DNA of 64,000 nt. Source: Bdellovibrionota bacterium (GTDB lineage Bacteria; Bdellovibrionota_C; UBA2361; JBGSMV01). The stretch spans positions 96,211-160,210 of the forward strand of contig JBGSMV010000040.1 of the NCBI GenBank assembly GCA_041739995.1. The letters run 5' to 3'. Each line of letters begins with the position of its first letter. Position 1 is the stretch's first letter. This document shows, piece after piece, positions 29,619 to 39,150 of this stretch. The notes below the pieces were generated by a model. That model did not search any database. It had not been told where the DNA came from and saw only the letters and a list, made by a program, of their open reading frames with translations. The position numbers were made by a program, and so were the translations under genes.

Positions 29619-31205
29619 ATGGTTGATTCAAAGACAGGCGACACCCGCTCGATCTCGCGAGACGCGCTTCAGGCGGGCGGAGCGCTCTCGCCCGAAGAAC
29701 TCGTCGCTAAACTTCGCTCTGCCTTGGCGCGCGATGGCGACTTTCCGGCCAGCGCAAAAGTAGTATCCGAGCTACGACAGCTGTGCAACGATCCTAAAAC
29801 GACAGCAAACCAAATCACCGAAGTAATTCTTCGTGAGCCTTCTCTCGGTACTCGCGTATTGCATTTGGTAAACAGCAGCTTCTACCGTAGAGCGAAACCA
29901 ATTATGACGGTGAGCCAAGCAGTCGTGCAGATCGGCATGCGCCCGCTCGCCGAGATGTGCTCAGGCCTTGTCCTGCTACAGAAGTTTGTGCCGACCGCTC
30001 GTCAGGGCGGAGTTTTTGCAAATTGCTTGCGCAAAACAGTGCTGACCTCGTTGCTGGCGAGTTCAGTAAGTTCAGCCACGCATTCAGCCGCGGCAGCTAG
30101 CGGAGTCCCCGGCAGAACTTCGCCACGCCTAGGCTCATCGGGAAGCAAGACAGACGAATTCGGTTACCTGGCAGGCTCATTCGCTGAGCTCGGTACGCTA
30201 TTGCTCGCCTTCTACTTTCCTCAGCTCTATGAAGCTGCGGTACGTAGGGCCGACTCAAAAAAAGTTCCTGTGTCTCAAGGAATAAAGGACCTTACCGGCC
30301 TTAGCCCCATACAGCTGAGCCTTGAAGTCATAGACGCACTAAACCTTCCTAGTTTCTACAAGGATGTCCTGACTAGCGCTGAACAGGTCAGCGACGGCGC
30401 CTTCCTTGGTGTTGACAAAGGCCCTCCCCCGTCTATTTCAAACGTCGCGTTATCGGTAAGCGCCGCCTCAGGTATTTCTCAAGCATTGGTCTCAGGCAAG
30501 ACTCGCCAAGAGCTCGATGCGGTATTGGCTAAGGTCAAGGCTTCCACTGGGATTGACCCAAAAGTACTTGGGAAAGTCGTGGGAGATTTGCCGACCATTT
30601 TCAAAGATCACTGTATTTCGCTCGATCTTCAGCTACCTGCGCTTCCTGAATTTGTAGCGTCTTTTGCTAGCGATCAAAAGTCGGCGGAAGGGGGCGGCAC
30701 TGGGAAGGTAGAGTCTGATGAAGAGCAAGTCTTCAACCAATTCGTGAGTGAAATTCGTCAGGCAGTAGAAGGACGAGAACCCACGTCCTCTGTCATTACC
30801 AGCGTCATGGAGACTTTCGTTTTCGGCCTGCGCTTCGATCGTGCAATTTTACTACTCATGACTCCGAACAAAACAAAGCTGATCGGCAGGCTAGCGCTGG
30901 GAAGCACCGAAGGAATTGATCCAAAGTCTCTGTCCCGCCCTTTGGGGCACGAAGCCGCATCCTCGGCACCAGACGCCCGCGCGGTTAAAGAATCGCGACC
31001 AGTGTTCTTAGGAGATCCTCTACTCGAAGGCGGATGGCCGATTTCCGTCGTCCCGATTGGCTTTGGTCCCCGTTGCGTTGGCGTTGTATACGCCGACAGA
31101 ACAGGGGCCGCAGCCGGAGATTCCAAGGAACTGAGCGCTAAGGAACAAGCTTCAATAGGCATTCTTGCCGAGCTTCTGGATCGCTCTATTTCATTACATG
31201 CCTAG
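29619..31205 (+). CDS. HDOD-domain signalling protein with C-terminal GAF-like domain
   Basis: DFPA..VILREPSLGTRVLHLVNSSFY..TVSQAVVQIG and GVVYAD motifs. Confidence 0.85.
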   Translation: MVDSKTGDTRSISRDALQAGGALSPEELVAKLRSALARDGDFPASAKVVSELRQLCNDPKTTANQITEVILREPSLGTRVLHLVNSSFYRRAKPIMTVSQAVVQIGMRPLAEMCSGLVLLQKFVPTARQGGVFANCLRKTVLTSLLASSVSSATHSAAAASGVPGRTSPRLGSSGSKTDEFGYLAGSFAELGTLLLAFYFPQLYEAAVRRADSKKVPVSQGIKDLTGLSPIQLSLEVIDALNLPSFYKDVLTSAEQVSDGAFLGVDKGPPPSISNVALSVSAASGISQALVSGKTRQELDAVLAKVKASTGIDPKVLGKVVGDLPTIFKDHCISLDLQLPALPEFVASFASDQKSAEGGGTGKVESDEEQVFNQFVSEIRQAVEGREPTSSVITSVMETFVFGLRFDRAILLLMTPNKTKLIGRLALGSTEGIDPKSLSRPLGHEAASSAPDARAVKESRPVFLGDPLLEGGWPISVVPIGFGPRCVGVVYADRTGAAAGDSKELSAKEQASIGILAELLDRSISLHA

Positions 31206-31270
31206 CTTCCTCAGTTATAGGTTCATTGGAGTATCTTTCTCGCTGTGCTCACTTAATGACTCGGCACTCA
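31202..31270. mobile_element. MITE family A, degenerate copy overlapping the HDOD stop codon
   Basis: CTAGCTTCCTCAGTTATAGGTTCATTGGAGTATCTTTCTCGCTGTGCTC aligns with 7413-7462. It is followed by a right-end-like ACTCGGCACT. Confidence 0.55.
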
Positions 31271-31511
31271 ATTCACTCAGTTTGATCCTGCAACCGCGAC
31301 TTCGTGCCCGTTCTTTGCTGAATAATACTGCAGGAGAAGCTCTGGAGCGCCTCAACCAGAAGGGTTATGCTTGCCTCATAACCGTAAGCGCGGCATGAAT
31401 AGCGCTGACCGAAGAAGGCTGGAAATCGAAACAGGGGGATCTCTCTGGCAGCCTTAGAAAGATCAGGCGCAGCATTTAGGTACTCGGCGCTGCTATTGTA
31501 GGAAGTTCATC

Positions 31512-31898
31512 ATGAGTAATCGCGTCCTAATCGTTGACGATGACCCCGCGGTACGAAATCTAGTGCGGGCAATCCTTGAAGACCTAAAATACGAGGTAAT
31601 CGCTGCCGAGGATGGAGAGCAAGCACTTCAACTTCTGGAGGCCGAGCCAACTCCACTCAACTTTAAATTTTTCGTCCTTGATGTGGTAATGCCCGGGATG
31701 AATGGGCTAGACCTCCTCACGCGTCTTCGCTTGCAACCGAAAACTCAATCCACCCCGGTGCTCATGCTTACTGGCGAAGACAAAGCCGAGGACATTCTGG
31801 GCGGATACAACGTGGGCGCCGATTACTACATCACCAAGCCTTTTACCCGACAGCAGTTAATGTTTGGCATTGACCTGGTCTGCGGCAAGGGGTCCTAG
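31512..31898 (+). CDS. Single-domain response regulator (CheY-like)
   Basis: VLIVDDD, LDVVMPGMNG, MLTG and YITKPF motifs. Confidence 0.95.
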   Translation: MSNRVLIVDDDPAVRNLVRAILEDLKYEVIAAEDGEQALQLLEAEPTPLNFKFFVLDVVMPGMNGLDLLTRLRLQPKTQSTPVLMLTGEDKAEDILGGYNVGADYYITKPFTRQQLMFGIDLVCGKGS

Positions 31899-31941
31899 GC
31901 GCTAGAAACATAGGTGCCCTCCCCGGGCGACAGATGCCATT

Positions 31942-32619
31942 ATGGCCGATTGGCTGCTCTTACAAGACGGACTGTTCTTATACGTCGCATTGTTTCTGAT
32001 GTTGCTCGGTGGGGCGATTGGTCTGCCCATCCCCGAGGACCTTCCGCTCATTCTCGCGGGAGTATTGGTTCATCTAGACAAAGTAACACTCGAGCTAGTG
32101 GTACCCGTTTGCTACGCGGGTGTGTTACTCGGCGACATCATAATTTTCATGATTGGACGAGCAGTCGGGCCAGCGCTATTTCAAAAGCGCTGGTTCCGGA
32201 AACGATTTCCCCCGTCGAAGATTCGACGAGTACGCCTGAACTTAGAAAAACGCAGCCTACTGATGATTTTGATAGCCCGGCACTTATTCTACTTACGCAC
32301 CGCGACTTTTCTCACCTGCGGTGCCGTACGCATGAGCGCCTACCGCTTCATTGCCGCCGATGCGCTCGCCGCCCTCTTGAGCTTGCCGATCATGATTGGC
32401 CTCGGCTATATCGCCGCCGAGAACCTCAATTCATTTCTCGACGGAGTTCATAAGACCAAAGACATCGTCGCATTGGTCAGCATAGTGCTAATCGCAGTGT
32501 TCATATGGTTCCGCTTTCGAAAAGCCGAGCAGGAGGTTTCCTCTGACGCAGGGAATGGGTCGAAATCTGATGAGGAATCGACGACTACTGCTGCTGCACC
32601 GACCGTATCCCCCGACTAA
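31942..32619 (+). CDS. DedA family membrane protein
   Basis: GLPIPEDLPLILAG, LLGDIIIFMIGR and ARHLFYLR motifs. Confidence 0.92.
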   Translation: MADWLLLQDGLFLYVALFLMLLGGAIGLPIPEDLPLILAGVLVHLDKVTLELVVPVCYAGVLLGDIIIFMIGRAVGPALFQKRWFRKRFPPSKIRRVRLNLEKRSLLMILIARHLFYLRTATFLTCGAVRMSAYRFIAADALAALLSLPIMIGLGYIAAENLNSFLDGVHKTKDIVALVSIVLIAVFIWFRFRKAEQEVSSDAGNGSKSDEESTTTAAAPTVSPD

Positions 32620-32733
32620 GGAGCCTCTGAGAGATTCCTCGATGGGAACACTAAGTTTTAGTTCTTCAATGGTTCCATAGCAACCCGCTCCTCGCGCAAA
32701 ACGGGAGCGCCAAGAATGAGCGTCAGGGTAAGC

Positions 32734-33117
32734 TTAGTTCACCGCCTCAGGACAAACATCGAGCAAAAGATTTCGCAACGCGAAGCCCATTGAAAGTCGC
32801 AGGGAAGTTGCTTTAGATTCAATCGCTCCGCTCGGAGCAACCAACACGGTACGATAGAAAAAGTTCTGCTCATCGAGCTCCAGACCGGCGTGCTTCAGCA
32901 CTGTCTGTCGCACTTCAAATTGAAGCACCATCTGTTCAACAGTGGGGAGCCAAAGGTAGGTCGAACGAAGTTCGTCAGGGCTCATTCCGTCTGAATCAAC
33001 AAGTATCTGTATTCGATCGCGCTCGCGGCGGCGCGCGATCTCATCTCCGATTTCTGGCTGCCATATTAGACCGGCCAGCTCTAAATCTTCTGCAAGTTCA
33101 AGAAAATGGGTGTTCAT
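32734..33117 (-). CDS. Hypothetical protein
   Basis: 127 aa, GGAGGAG RBS, WQPEIGD and WLPTVEQ motifs. Confidence 0.75.
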   Translation of the reverse strand: MNTHFLELAEDLELAGLIWQPEIGDEIARRRERDRIQILVDSDGMSPDELRSTYLWLPTVEQMVLQFEVRQTVLKHAGLELDEQNFFYRTVLVAPSGAIESKATSLRLSMGFALRNLLLDVCPEAVN

Positions 33118-33456
33118 TCTCCTCCCGGCAAATGTTCACGTCGACTCTTTTACGCCGCTCATTCCACAAAAGTAGCTCCACTCCTCAGGGGTGGGTTTGC
33201 GCCAGCAAACCCGAGGTCAAAATACTATCCGCTCACAAAAATCGACGGCCCCGTTAGGGGGTCGACCGTAAGAACTCCCGAAAACCGAAAAATCTTGCCG
33301 TCGCACCTCTCGATCATCCAAACAACTTTTAGACCCGTGAACGGATACTCGGCCCGCTCCCTCGTTCAAATTCAAAGGGTATTGGTTAAGCAAAGCCGCC
33401 ACACTCCAAGAGCCGACCCTTTCAGAGAAATACTCCTCAGAGCGTCTACATCAAGA

Positions 33457-33484
33457 GTATCGGCAGCTTACCTCCCCGACTAAA
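33457..33484 (-). promoter_or_regulatory. sigma28-like promoter about 340 nt upstream of the next CDS
   Basis: Minus strand TTTAG-N15-GCCGATAC. Confidence 0.55.
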
Positions 33485-33634
33485 TCCCCAGCCGCTCTCC
33501 TGAACCACCGGGAAGTCCCTCAATAGCGCCCTACTTATGAATAAGATGCCGAATTTCAGATATTTGCACGAGAGACTACTCGCTTTTGAGAATGGTCGTT
33601 CAGGTCTAAAAAACCTGCGGGCGCTCCCCTCCCC

Positions 33635-33898
33635 TCAGTCGTTCTTTTCGGTAGTTGTTCCTGAACCCGGCAACGCGACGGTCCATACTATGAAGCCGCC
33701 CAGCACCACGACAGCGCCAAGAAAAAGTATCAATTTATAAAAGAAGGGGACGAGAAATCCAACGGCGAGAAAAACTAAAGCAGCGCGCTCTGCATGTTCT
33801 TGCACCCAAATACGTACGTCCGTGATCGCGGCGAAAACTACCTCTTCGTAGTCCCCCCTCGATCGCTTGCGTATACTAGAAACAATTGAATCAAACAT
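33635..33898 (-). CDS. Small membrane protein
   Basis: 87 aa with two C-terminal TM segments. Confidence 0.7.
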   Translation of the reverse strand: MFDSIVSSIRKRSRGDYEEVVFAAITDVRIWVQEHAERAALVFLAVGFLVPFFYKLILFLGAVVVLGGFIVWTVALPGSGTTTEKND

Positions 33899-33997
33899 AC
33901 GTGCACACGAGAATACTCGCCCAATATTTTATGCCGTCGGCATTGCGTTCAGTACTTAGGACATCGCACTGCAACCTTCTCTATCTGTCCACCGAGC

Positions 33998-34807
33998 TCA
34001 CCAATACTTCTCTAAATGCAGATTACCAGGATTTTTCTTGGAGTGCACGGTGAATCCAGAAGCGAGCAAAAGACGCTCCATATCATCAATCATTGCAGGA
34101 TTCCCACACAAAAACACATGATCGCGCTGGGCATCCAATTCTACTTCTCCGCCGTGCTTAAAAAAAGTCTGAACGTGCCCACGCGGACCTCCCCAGTCGG
34201 CACCAGCACGACTCGCAATTGCGAGATACTTAAATCCCGGACACTGCGAAAATTTCTCAAGCTCGTCACGGTAAGCAAGATCTTGTGGGTAGCGGACTCC
34301 GTGTATGACTGTAATCGCCCTTCCCTCCTGCCAGGTGCTCGGCGTGCGAAGCATCGACATGTAGGGGGCCAGCCCGGTCCCTGTCGAAATTAAAATAAGG
34401 GAGGCGCTAGGCGGAACTCCGTCCAGTGTAAACGTGCCTGTAATCTTTGGCGCGATGAATAGTCGGTCACCGTTTTTCAACGCAGCGAGCCGCGCCGTAA
34501 GGGCTCCCTGTGGTAAAAGCGCCACATAAAACTCGAGCTCTTCAGGATTCTGCGGCGATGAGCCAATCGAATAGGCTCTCTTCACTAACTTTTCTGGTGC
34601 CTGAGGCACTTCCTCATCAGGGTACTGATCCCAGCGTGGCGCGCTGCCAGGTAGCCCAAGGGCAACATATTGACCAGGATGAAAACTTTCAGCAGGTCGA
34701 TCGGGGCGCACAAAAAAGCGTGCGAGTTCCGGCGTCACCTCCTCTCGCCGAACGAGCGTCGCATTCAAATGTTCATCTCTCGTCACTACAAGTCTCCCTA
34801 ACCGCAC
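33998..34807 (-). CDS. fpr: Ferredoxin-NADP+ reductase
   Basis: PGQY, RAYSIGS, STGTGLAPYMSM, CGNPAMI and C-terminal EKYW. Confidence 0.93.
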   Translation of the reverse strand: MRLGRLVVTRDEHLNATLVRREEVTPELARFFVRPDRPAESFHPGQYVALGLPGSAPRWDQYPDEEVPQAPEKLVKRAYSIGSSPQNPEELEFYVALLPQGALTARLAALKNGDRLFIAPKITGTFTLDGVPPSASLILISTGTGLAPYMSMLRTPSTWQEGRAITVIHGVRYPQDLAYRDELEKFSQCPGFKYLAIASRAGADWGGPRGHVQTFFKHGGEVELDAQRDHVFLCGNPAMIDDMERLLLASGFTVHSKKNPGNLHLEKYW

Positions 34808-35070
34808 CTACGCATGCTTTACCACTATCCGCGGCTGTCTATCGCCGCGGGACCATTGGAGTGTCGTCCAGCCGTTTCTTACGATCAAGCCGCATCCGGG
34901 AGAAATCTGTTGGATACACGGTGCCTGAGCTCCTTCGCCCTGAAAAAGTTGGTCGGGACAAGCGAGCTGCCCCCTTGACGGCGAGGCGAGGACACCTCAC
35001 TGAGGTGAACCGATACGCTTAGGAATGCGAAAACAAGACGCCTTAAGGATTTCGAGATAGAGTCCGAGCT

Positions 35071-35529
35071 ATGCAGGTAGTCCTAGTAAAACCTCAAATC
35101 CCTCAAAACACCGGGTCTATCGGTAGAACCTGCGCTGCTACCCAAACCCCTTTGCATTTAGTGGGGCCGCTCGGATTTGATATTTCAGAAAAAGCGGTGC
35201 GTCGCGCGGGACTCGATTATTGGCCCTACGTTCCCTTGCATCGTCATGAGTCATGGGGCGACTACCAGAATGCAGCCAAGCCCGGACGTATATGGCTATT
35301 CACAAAGTTCGCTACACGCCTGTACCATCAGGTCGTCTTTAGCCCTGATGATGCGCTCGTCTTTGGGAGCGAAACCCTGGGTCTCGGCTCTGAGTTTCTT
35401 GCCAAGTTCCCCCAAGAACAGTGGCTCAAGATCCCGATGCCCTGCCCCGAGGTACGCAGCTTAAATCTAAGTAATGCGGTAGCAGTTGCTCTGTACGAAG
35501 CGCGCCGTCAGCTTGGCATGGACGTTTAA
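35071..35529 (+). CDS. trmL: tRNA (cytidine/uridine-34-2'-O)-methyltransferase
   Basis: PQIPQNTGSIGRTC, RRAGLDYW, FGSETLGL and RSLNLSN motifs. Confidence 0.95.
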   Translation: MQVVLVKPQIPQNTGSIGRTCAATQTPLHLVGPLGFDISEKAVRRAGLDYWPYVPLHRHESWGDYQNAAKPGRIWLFTKFATRLYHQVVFSPDDALVFGSETLGLGSEFLAKFPQEQWLKIPMPCPEVRSLNLSNAVAVALYEARRQLGMDV

Positions 35530-36167
35530 ACCGCCGCGGCGCTCGCCAGGCCTAGCTTCTCGACGAGCAGGGCGGCTGCAATAGTACGATGCGTTTGTGG
35601 CTCAATCCCGTGTTGTTTAAGCTCAGCTAGTGTTTTCCCCGTATTCCCAACTTCAAACATAGGGTCATATCCGAAACCTCCCGAGCCACGATCTTCGAGA
35701 TGGATAGCTCCTTCAAGCAGTCCCCGCACGATGATTTCACTGCCATGAGACTGAATGAGCACCAACAAACACACGAATCTGGCCGGAAAGCGCACTGAGG
35801 CCGCGCTGACTTGCTTGGGTGACAGCGCGCTCCGCAGCGCAGCGCGATTGTCTGCCGCCGAAGCGTTCACACCGCCAAATCGGGCCGAGAGAACTCCTGG
35901 CGCGCCCCCAAGCGCATCGACCTCTAAGCCACTGTCGTCCGCAAGCACGCTTACTTTAATGCCTCGCGCAGCGCAGTGCCGCGCTGCAGAGCGCGCCTTC
36001 TTTAATGCGTTACCCTCGTAATCAGGGGAGTCTTCATCAACCTCAGGCAAAGCTTGCCCAGCCCCAAGCACCTCCTCAGGTCCAAGTATCTCAATGTGGT
36101 AAGGCTCGAGTGCGACTTTAAGCTCCAACAACTTCCCGCGATTGCTCGATGCGAACAGGACTCTCAT
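35526..36167 (-). CDS. rdgB: Non-canonical purine NTP pyrophosphatase (RdgB/HAM1)
   Basis: ASSNRGK, NALKKA, ADDSGLEVDALGGAPGVLSAR, GFGYDPMF and THR motifs. Start moved to the ATG at 36167. Confidence 0.92.
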   Translation of the reverse strand: MRVLFASSNRGKLLELKVALEPYHIEILGPEEVLGAGQALPEVDEDSPDYEGNALKKARSAARHCAARGIKVSVLADDSGLEVDALGGAPGVLSARFGGVNASAADNRAALRSALSPKQVSAASVRFPARFVCLLVLIQSHGSEIIVRGLLEGAIHLEDRGSGGFGYDPMFEVGNTGKTLAELKQHGIEPQTHRTIAAALLVEKLGLASAAAV

Positions 36168-38016
36168 CTGATTGCTCCCTTGTATTCTCACAGCGGAACG
36201 CCACGATTCCAGGACCGGGACGTTCAAGCAGTTCGTCCACACGCGTGCGCAAGTTGCGCATCACCCGAAGTCGCCTGCTCGCCGGACCTTGGCGCATAAA
36301 ATCTTCAAAATATTCTGTACGAGCCAGTATCGTTACTTCCGGATCGCAGCGCTCAGGCGAAAGGTCGGGAGGCTGAATTTCCACGCGCCGACCGAGATAA
36401 AACAAGACCGGGTCAAAAAATTCATCGGCCTTACTTCGCACCACTACCACTCGCCCCTCACCGGCTACCGCTCGCACCTGAGCAGCTAGTTCAGGAAAGC
36501 TTTTGAGGGTGTTCTTCAGCGTATTTCCGAAAGTGATGATGAACGCCATCACCGCAATCGTGGTCGTCACAAAAATGGCGAACTGATGTTTTCGCTCCCT
36601 TCCGATTAACTGCAGCACCACCATGCTAAGTCCTGCAAGTGCGCTTGAGCAGAAGAATAAACTTGAATCCTTTAGCACCACTCGCGCCAACATCAGGCGC
36701 TGCGCAACTTTAGCATCCGAAGGAAGCACAAGCTGAGCATTTGGATCTATCAGCCACACGCTCGCCAACAGTCCAAGCATCAACGCCAAAATGACGGCAA
36801 ACACTAAAAGCACAATGCCTTGCAGCTTTCGAATTCTCGCGCGCGTCACGTCACTACGCGCACTGAACCAATCGTAAAGCCTCACCGCAAGATACACGCT
36901 TAAGATCGGAAAGATTGGTAAGAGATAAGAATGCCGCTTGCCAGAGGCCATGGAGAAAAACGCAAAGCCGAAGACAAATGCCCACATGAATCCGCTACGT
37001 AGCTTTCTCAGCCGCTGCCCACTGCTGTCGGGCGCTCCGATGTTCATCACAGATTTCGGCGCACCACTAAGAAGTACGAACACGAAGAGTATCGACCAAG
37101 GAGCTGCCACGCGGGCGAAGGAGCCAAAGTAAAACCACGGAGCCTGAGAGTTCACCGCCTCTCCGCCGATGAATCGGTCCAGGTTTTCAAAGATCAACTG
37201 GCGACCAAGCAGGTCGTCTGCTCCCCCCGCAGAGGCCACCATGGCGCCGGCCACATACCAGGGCACCGCCAAACATAAGAATACTATCCAGCCCCAGGCA
37301 GGGCGCGCCCAAAGTTTAAACGTCTCCACAAAACCCGCACACGACAGGCACAGAGCACTTACCATCAGCACGGGAAGCACCAAAGCAAGCGGCCCTTTGG
37401 CGAGAACGCCAAGCCCACACCAGAAGAAAAACCAAAAGAGATCTTCCTGCCGAATGACCACAGACAGTGGCCTTGGCCGACTTACCCAACCACTCAGACG
37501 TCTGGCCACCACGAAAAAGGCGGCGACAATGAAAACGGTACACAACATGTCCACGCGCGTGTCGGTCGCCATGTAGGTAAACCCATAGGTGGTACCGAGA
37601 ATGAGCATGGCGAAGAGCCCTACCGAGCGCTGCTTCTGAATCTGCCTCAGAACATTCTCACTAGAACCCGCCAGCATGGAGCCAAGCAAAGCAGTCAGCC
37701 AAAGCACCAATGCCGCCGAGACAGCGGAAGGGATTCGAGCGACAAATTCACTTGCGCCAAGTCCGGTAAAGAGTGCAATTGAGGCACCAATCCAGTGATG
37801 CAATGGAGGCTTCGACGGGAGAAGTCCATTTCGCGTAGGGAGAATCCACTGCCCTTCGCTCACTATATTCTGAACAACATGCGCTTCACGCGCTTCTGAA
37901 GAGGTGCCAATCGGCGCGACTGTGCTTAGCGTTAAGAACAGCGCAAGGAGAATCAGAGCAAGGGCCAAGAATTCACGCGTTGGCGACTGGTTCGACTCGA
38001 CTTCCACGCTCCCCAC
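36118..38016 (-). CDS. ArnT/PMT-family (GT83-like) glycosyltransferase
   Basis: EAREA, SKPPLHHW, ARIPSA, RVDM, LAKGP and KRHSYLLP motifs; many TM segments. Confidence 0.9.
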   Translation of the reverse strand: MGSVEVESNQSPTREFLALALILLALFLTLSTVAPIGTSSEAREAHVVQNIVSEGQWILPTRNGLLPSKPPLHHWIGASIALFTGLGASEFVARIPSAVSAALVLWLTALLGSMLAGSSENVLRQIQKQRSVGLFAMLILGTTYGFTYMATDTRVDMLCTVFIVAAFFVVARRLSGWVSRPRPLSVVIRQEDLFWFFFWCGLGVLAKGPLALVLPVLMVSALCLSCAGFVETFKLWARPAWGWIVFLCLAVPWYVAGAMVASAGGADDLLGRQLIFENLDRFIGGEAVNSQAPWFYFGSFARVAAPWSILFVFVLLSGAPKSVMNIGAPDSSGQRLRKLRSGFMWAFVFGFAFFSMASGKRHSYLLPIFPILSVYLAVRLYDWFSARSDVTRARIRKLQGIVLLVFAVILALMLGLLASVWLIDPNAQLVLPSDAKVAQRLMLARVVLKDSSLFFCSSALAGLSMVVLQLIGRERKHQFAIFVTTTIAVMAFIITFGNTLKNTLKSFPELAAQVRAVAGEGRVVVVRSKADEFFDPVLFYLGRRVEIQPPDLSPERCDPEVTILARTEYFEDFMRQGPASRRLRVMRNLRTRVDELLERPGPGIVAFRCENTREQSDESPVRIEQSREVVGA

Positions 38017-38187
38017 TCAGACACCCACTCCACTAACAGGCTTGTGAAGAGTGCCCTGCTTGGCACTTTTTCACCCGCCCCAAGCCTCTTTCACACGACG
38101 AGCGACGCGGAATCCGCGTCGCTTCGCGTACTTCCACATTGCACCAGTAGGCCATGCTCCAGTCCGCGGTCGGACATCCCGTTCTGC

Positions 38188-38406
38188 CTAGCCTGCATAT
38201 TTCATGAAAATGAAATGTGCAGGCTAGTAAGTGCATGGATGCACTTACAAATCCGGAGCCTTGGCGACGGATTTGGTTAAGACGTTTTGTAGGGGAGCGT
38301 CGGGGTCCCCAACAAAATGTCTTAACGGAGAAAACCGGCATGGATTGACGGTTTTCGACCTTATTTCATGGCGAGCGAAGCGAGCTTCATGAAATATTGG
38401 GGCTAG
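38188..38406. repeat. CTAG-bounded composite of six back-to-back hairpins
   Basis: Stems at 38188-38227, 38227-38248, 38248-38275, 38276-38326, 38330-38356 and 38362-38396. The outer ends CTAGCC..ATATTTCATGAA / TTCATGAAATAT..GGCTAG are inverted. Confidence 0.8.
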
Positions 38407-38545
38407 TGCCCTGAGTTAATAGTTCGATGAATAATTCTCGCCGTGCTCGCTGCTCTCTTTGTGAATATATTTAAGGAATTACACAATGAGCTCAGCGAGA
38501 ACAGCGAGAAAAATACTTAAATGAACTTCTGACTCAGCACACTAG
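38403..38545. mobile_element. MITE family A, copy 2 (143 bp)
   Basis: TIRs CTAGTGccCTGAGT / ACTCAGcaCACTAG; reverse-complement match to 7413-7555. Confidence 0.88.
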
Positions 38546-38639
38546 CAGGGTTATGAAAGAAGTTTTCAACCCCGCTAAGAGGTCCAGACTATCGTCGCAA
38601 GCGCTCGCCCCCATGGCTCGCTACCCCGCGGTTCATGCT

Positions 38640-38913
38640 TTAGCACAGGAAACGGGTTTTCGTCATGGACGAGTGTCGTAGAGGTAACCAGGACCGATAA
38701 GCTGAGGCCTGCCTAAGCATCGAATGAAGAAGAAATCGGGCCAAGAAGAGAAAAAGCCAAGAAGAAAAAAAACGGCAGGAGAATGCAACAACCCATGAGG
38801 AGGCATCACCCCAGTGGATGCTACCAAGTGAAAGCTTAAGACCAGCCACCAAAGACGATACTCAGTACCATCAGGCCAGCTACAAAAAAAGCAATGAACT
38901 CAAAACCAGTCAT
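38640..38913 (-). pseudogene. Possible frameshifted small membrane protein gene
   Basis: The ATG at 38913 reads MTGFEFIAFFVAGLMVLSIVFG and stops. Hydrophobic coding-like sequence continues in other frames across T-runs. Confidence 0.3.
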
Positions 38914-39150
38914 AACTTGTACAAAAAACGCCCTACAACTCCCGGCCCCAAGAAGCTCGAGGCTAACTGGACCTGCTAGAAGGCGCTACCTCGCGAAGAA
39001 GTTACGCCCACAACAGGCTAACGATATAGGAGAAGGTACAAGTAAAGTAAAGTAAAGGGGAAGCCCCTAATCCTCGCTTCTTAGGGCATGCGCTCGCCTC
39101 CTGCAGTGGTCACCCCAACCTGCAGTGGCAAAGCAGCTGAAAACTTGGAA

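Noticed and set aside
38188..38578. CRISPR array or integron attC array
   Set aside because: The hairpins differ from one another. There is no constant repeat with unique spacers, no cassette ORFs and no cas or intI gene.
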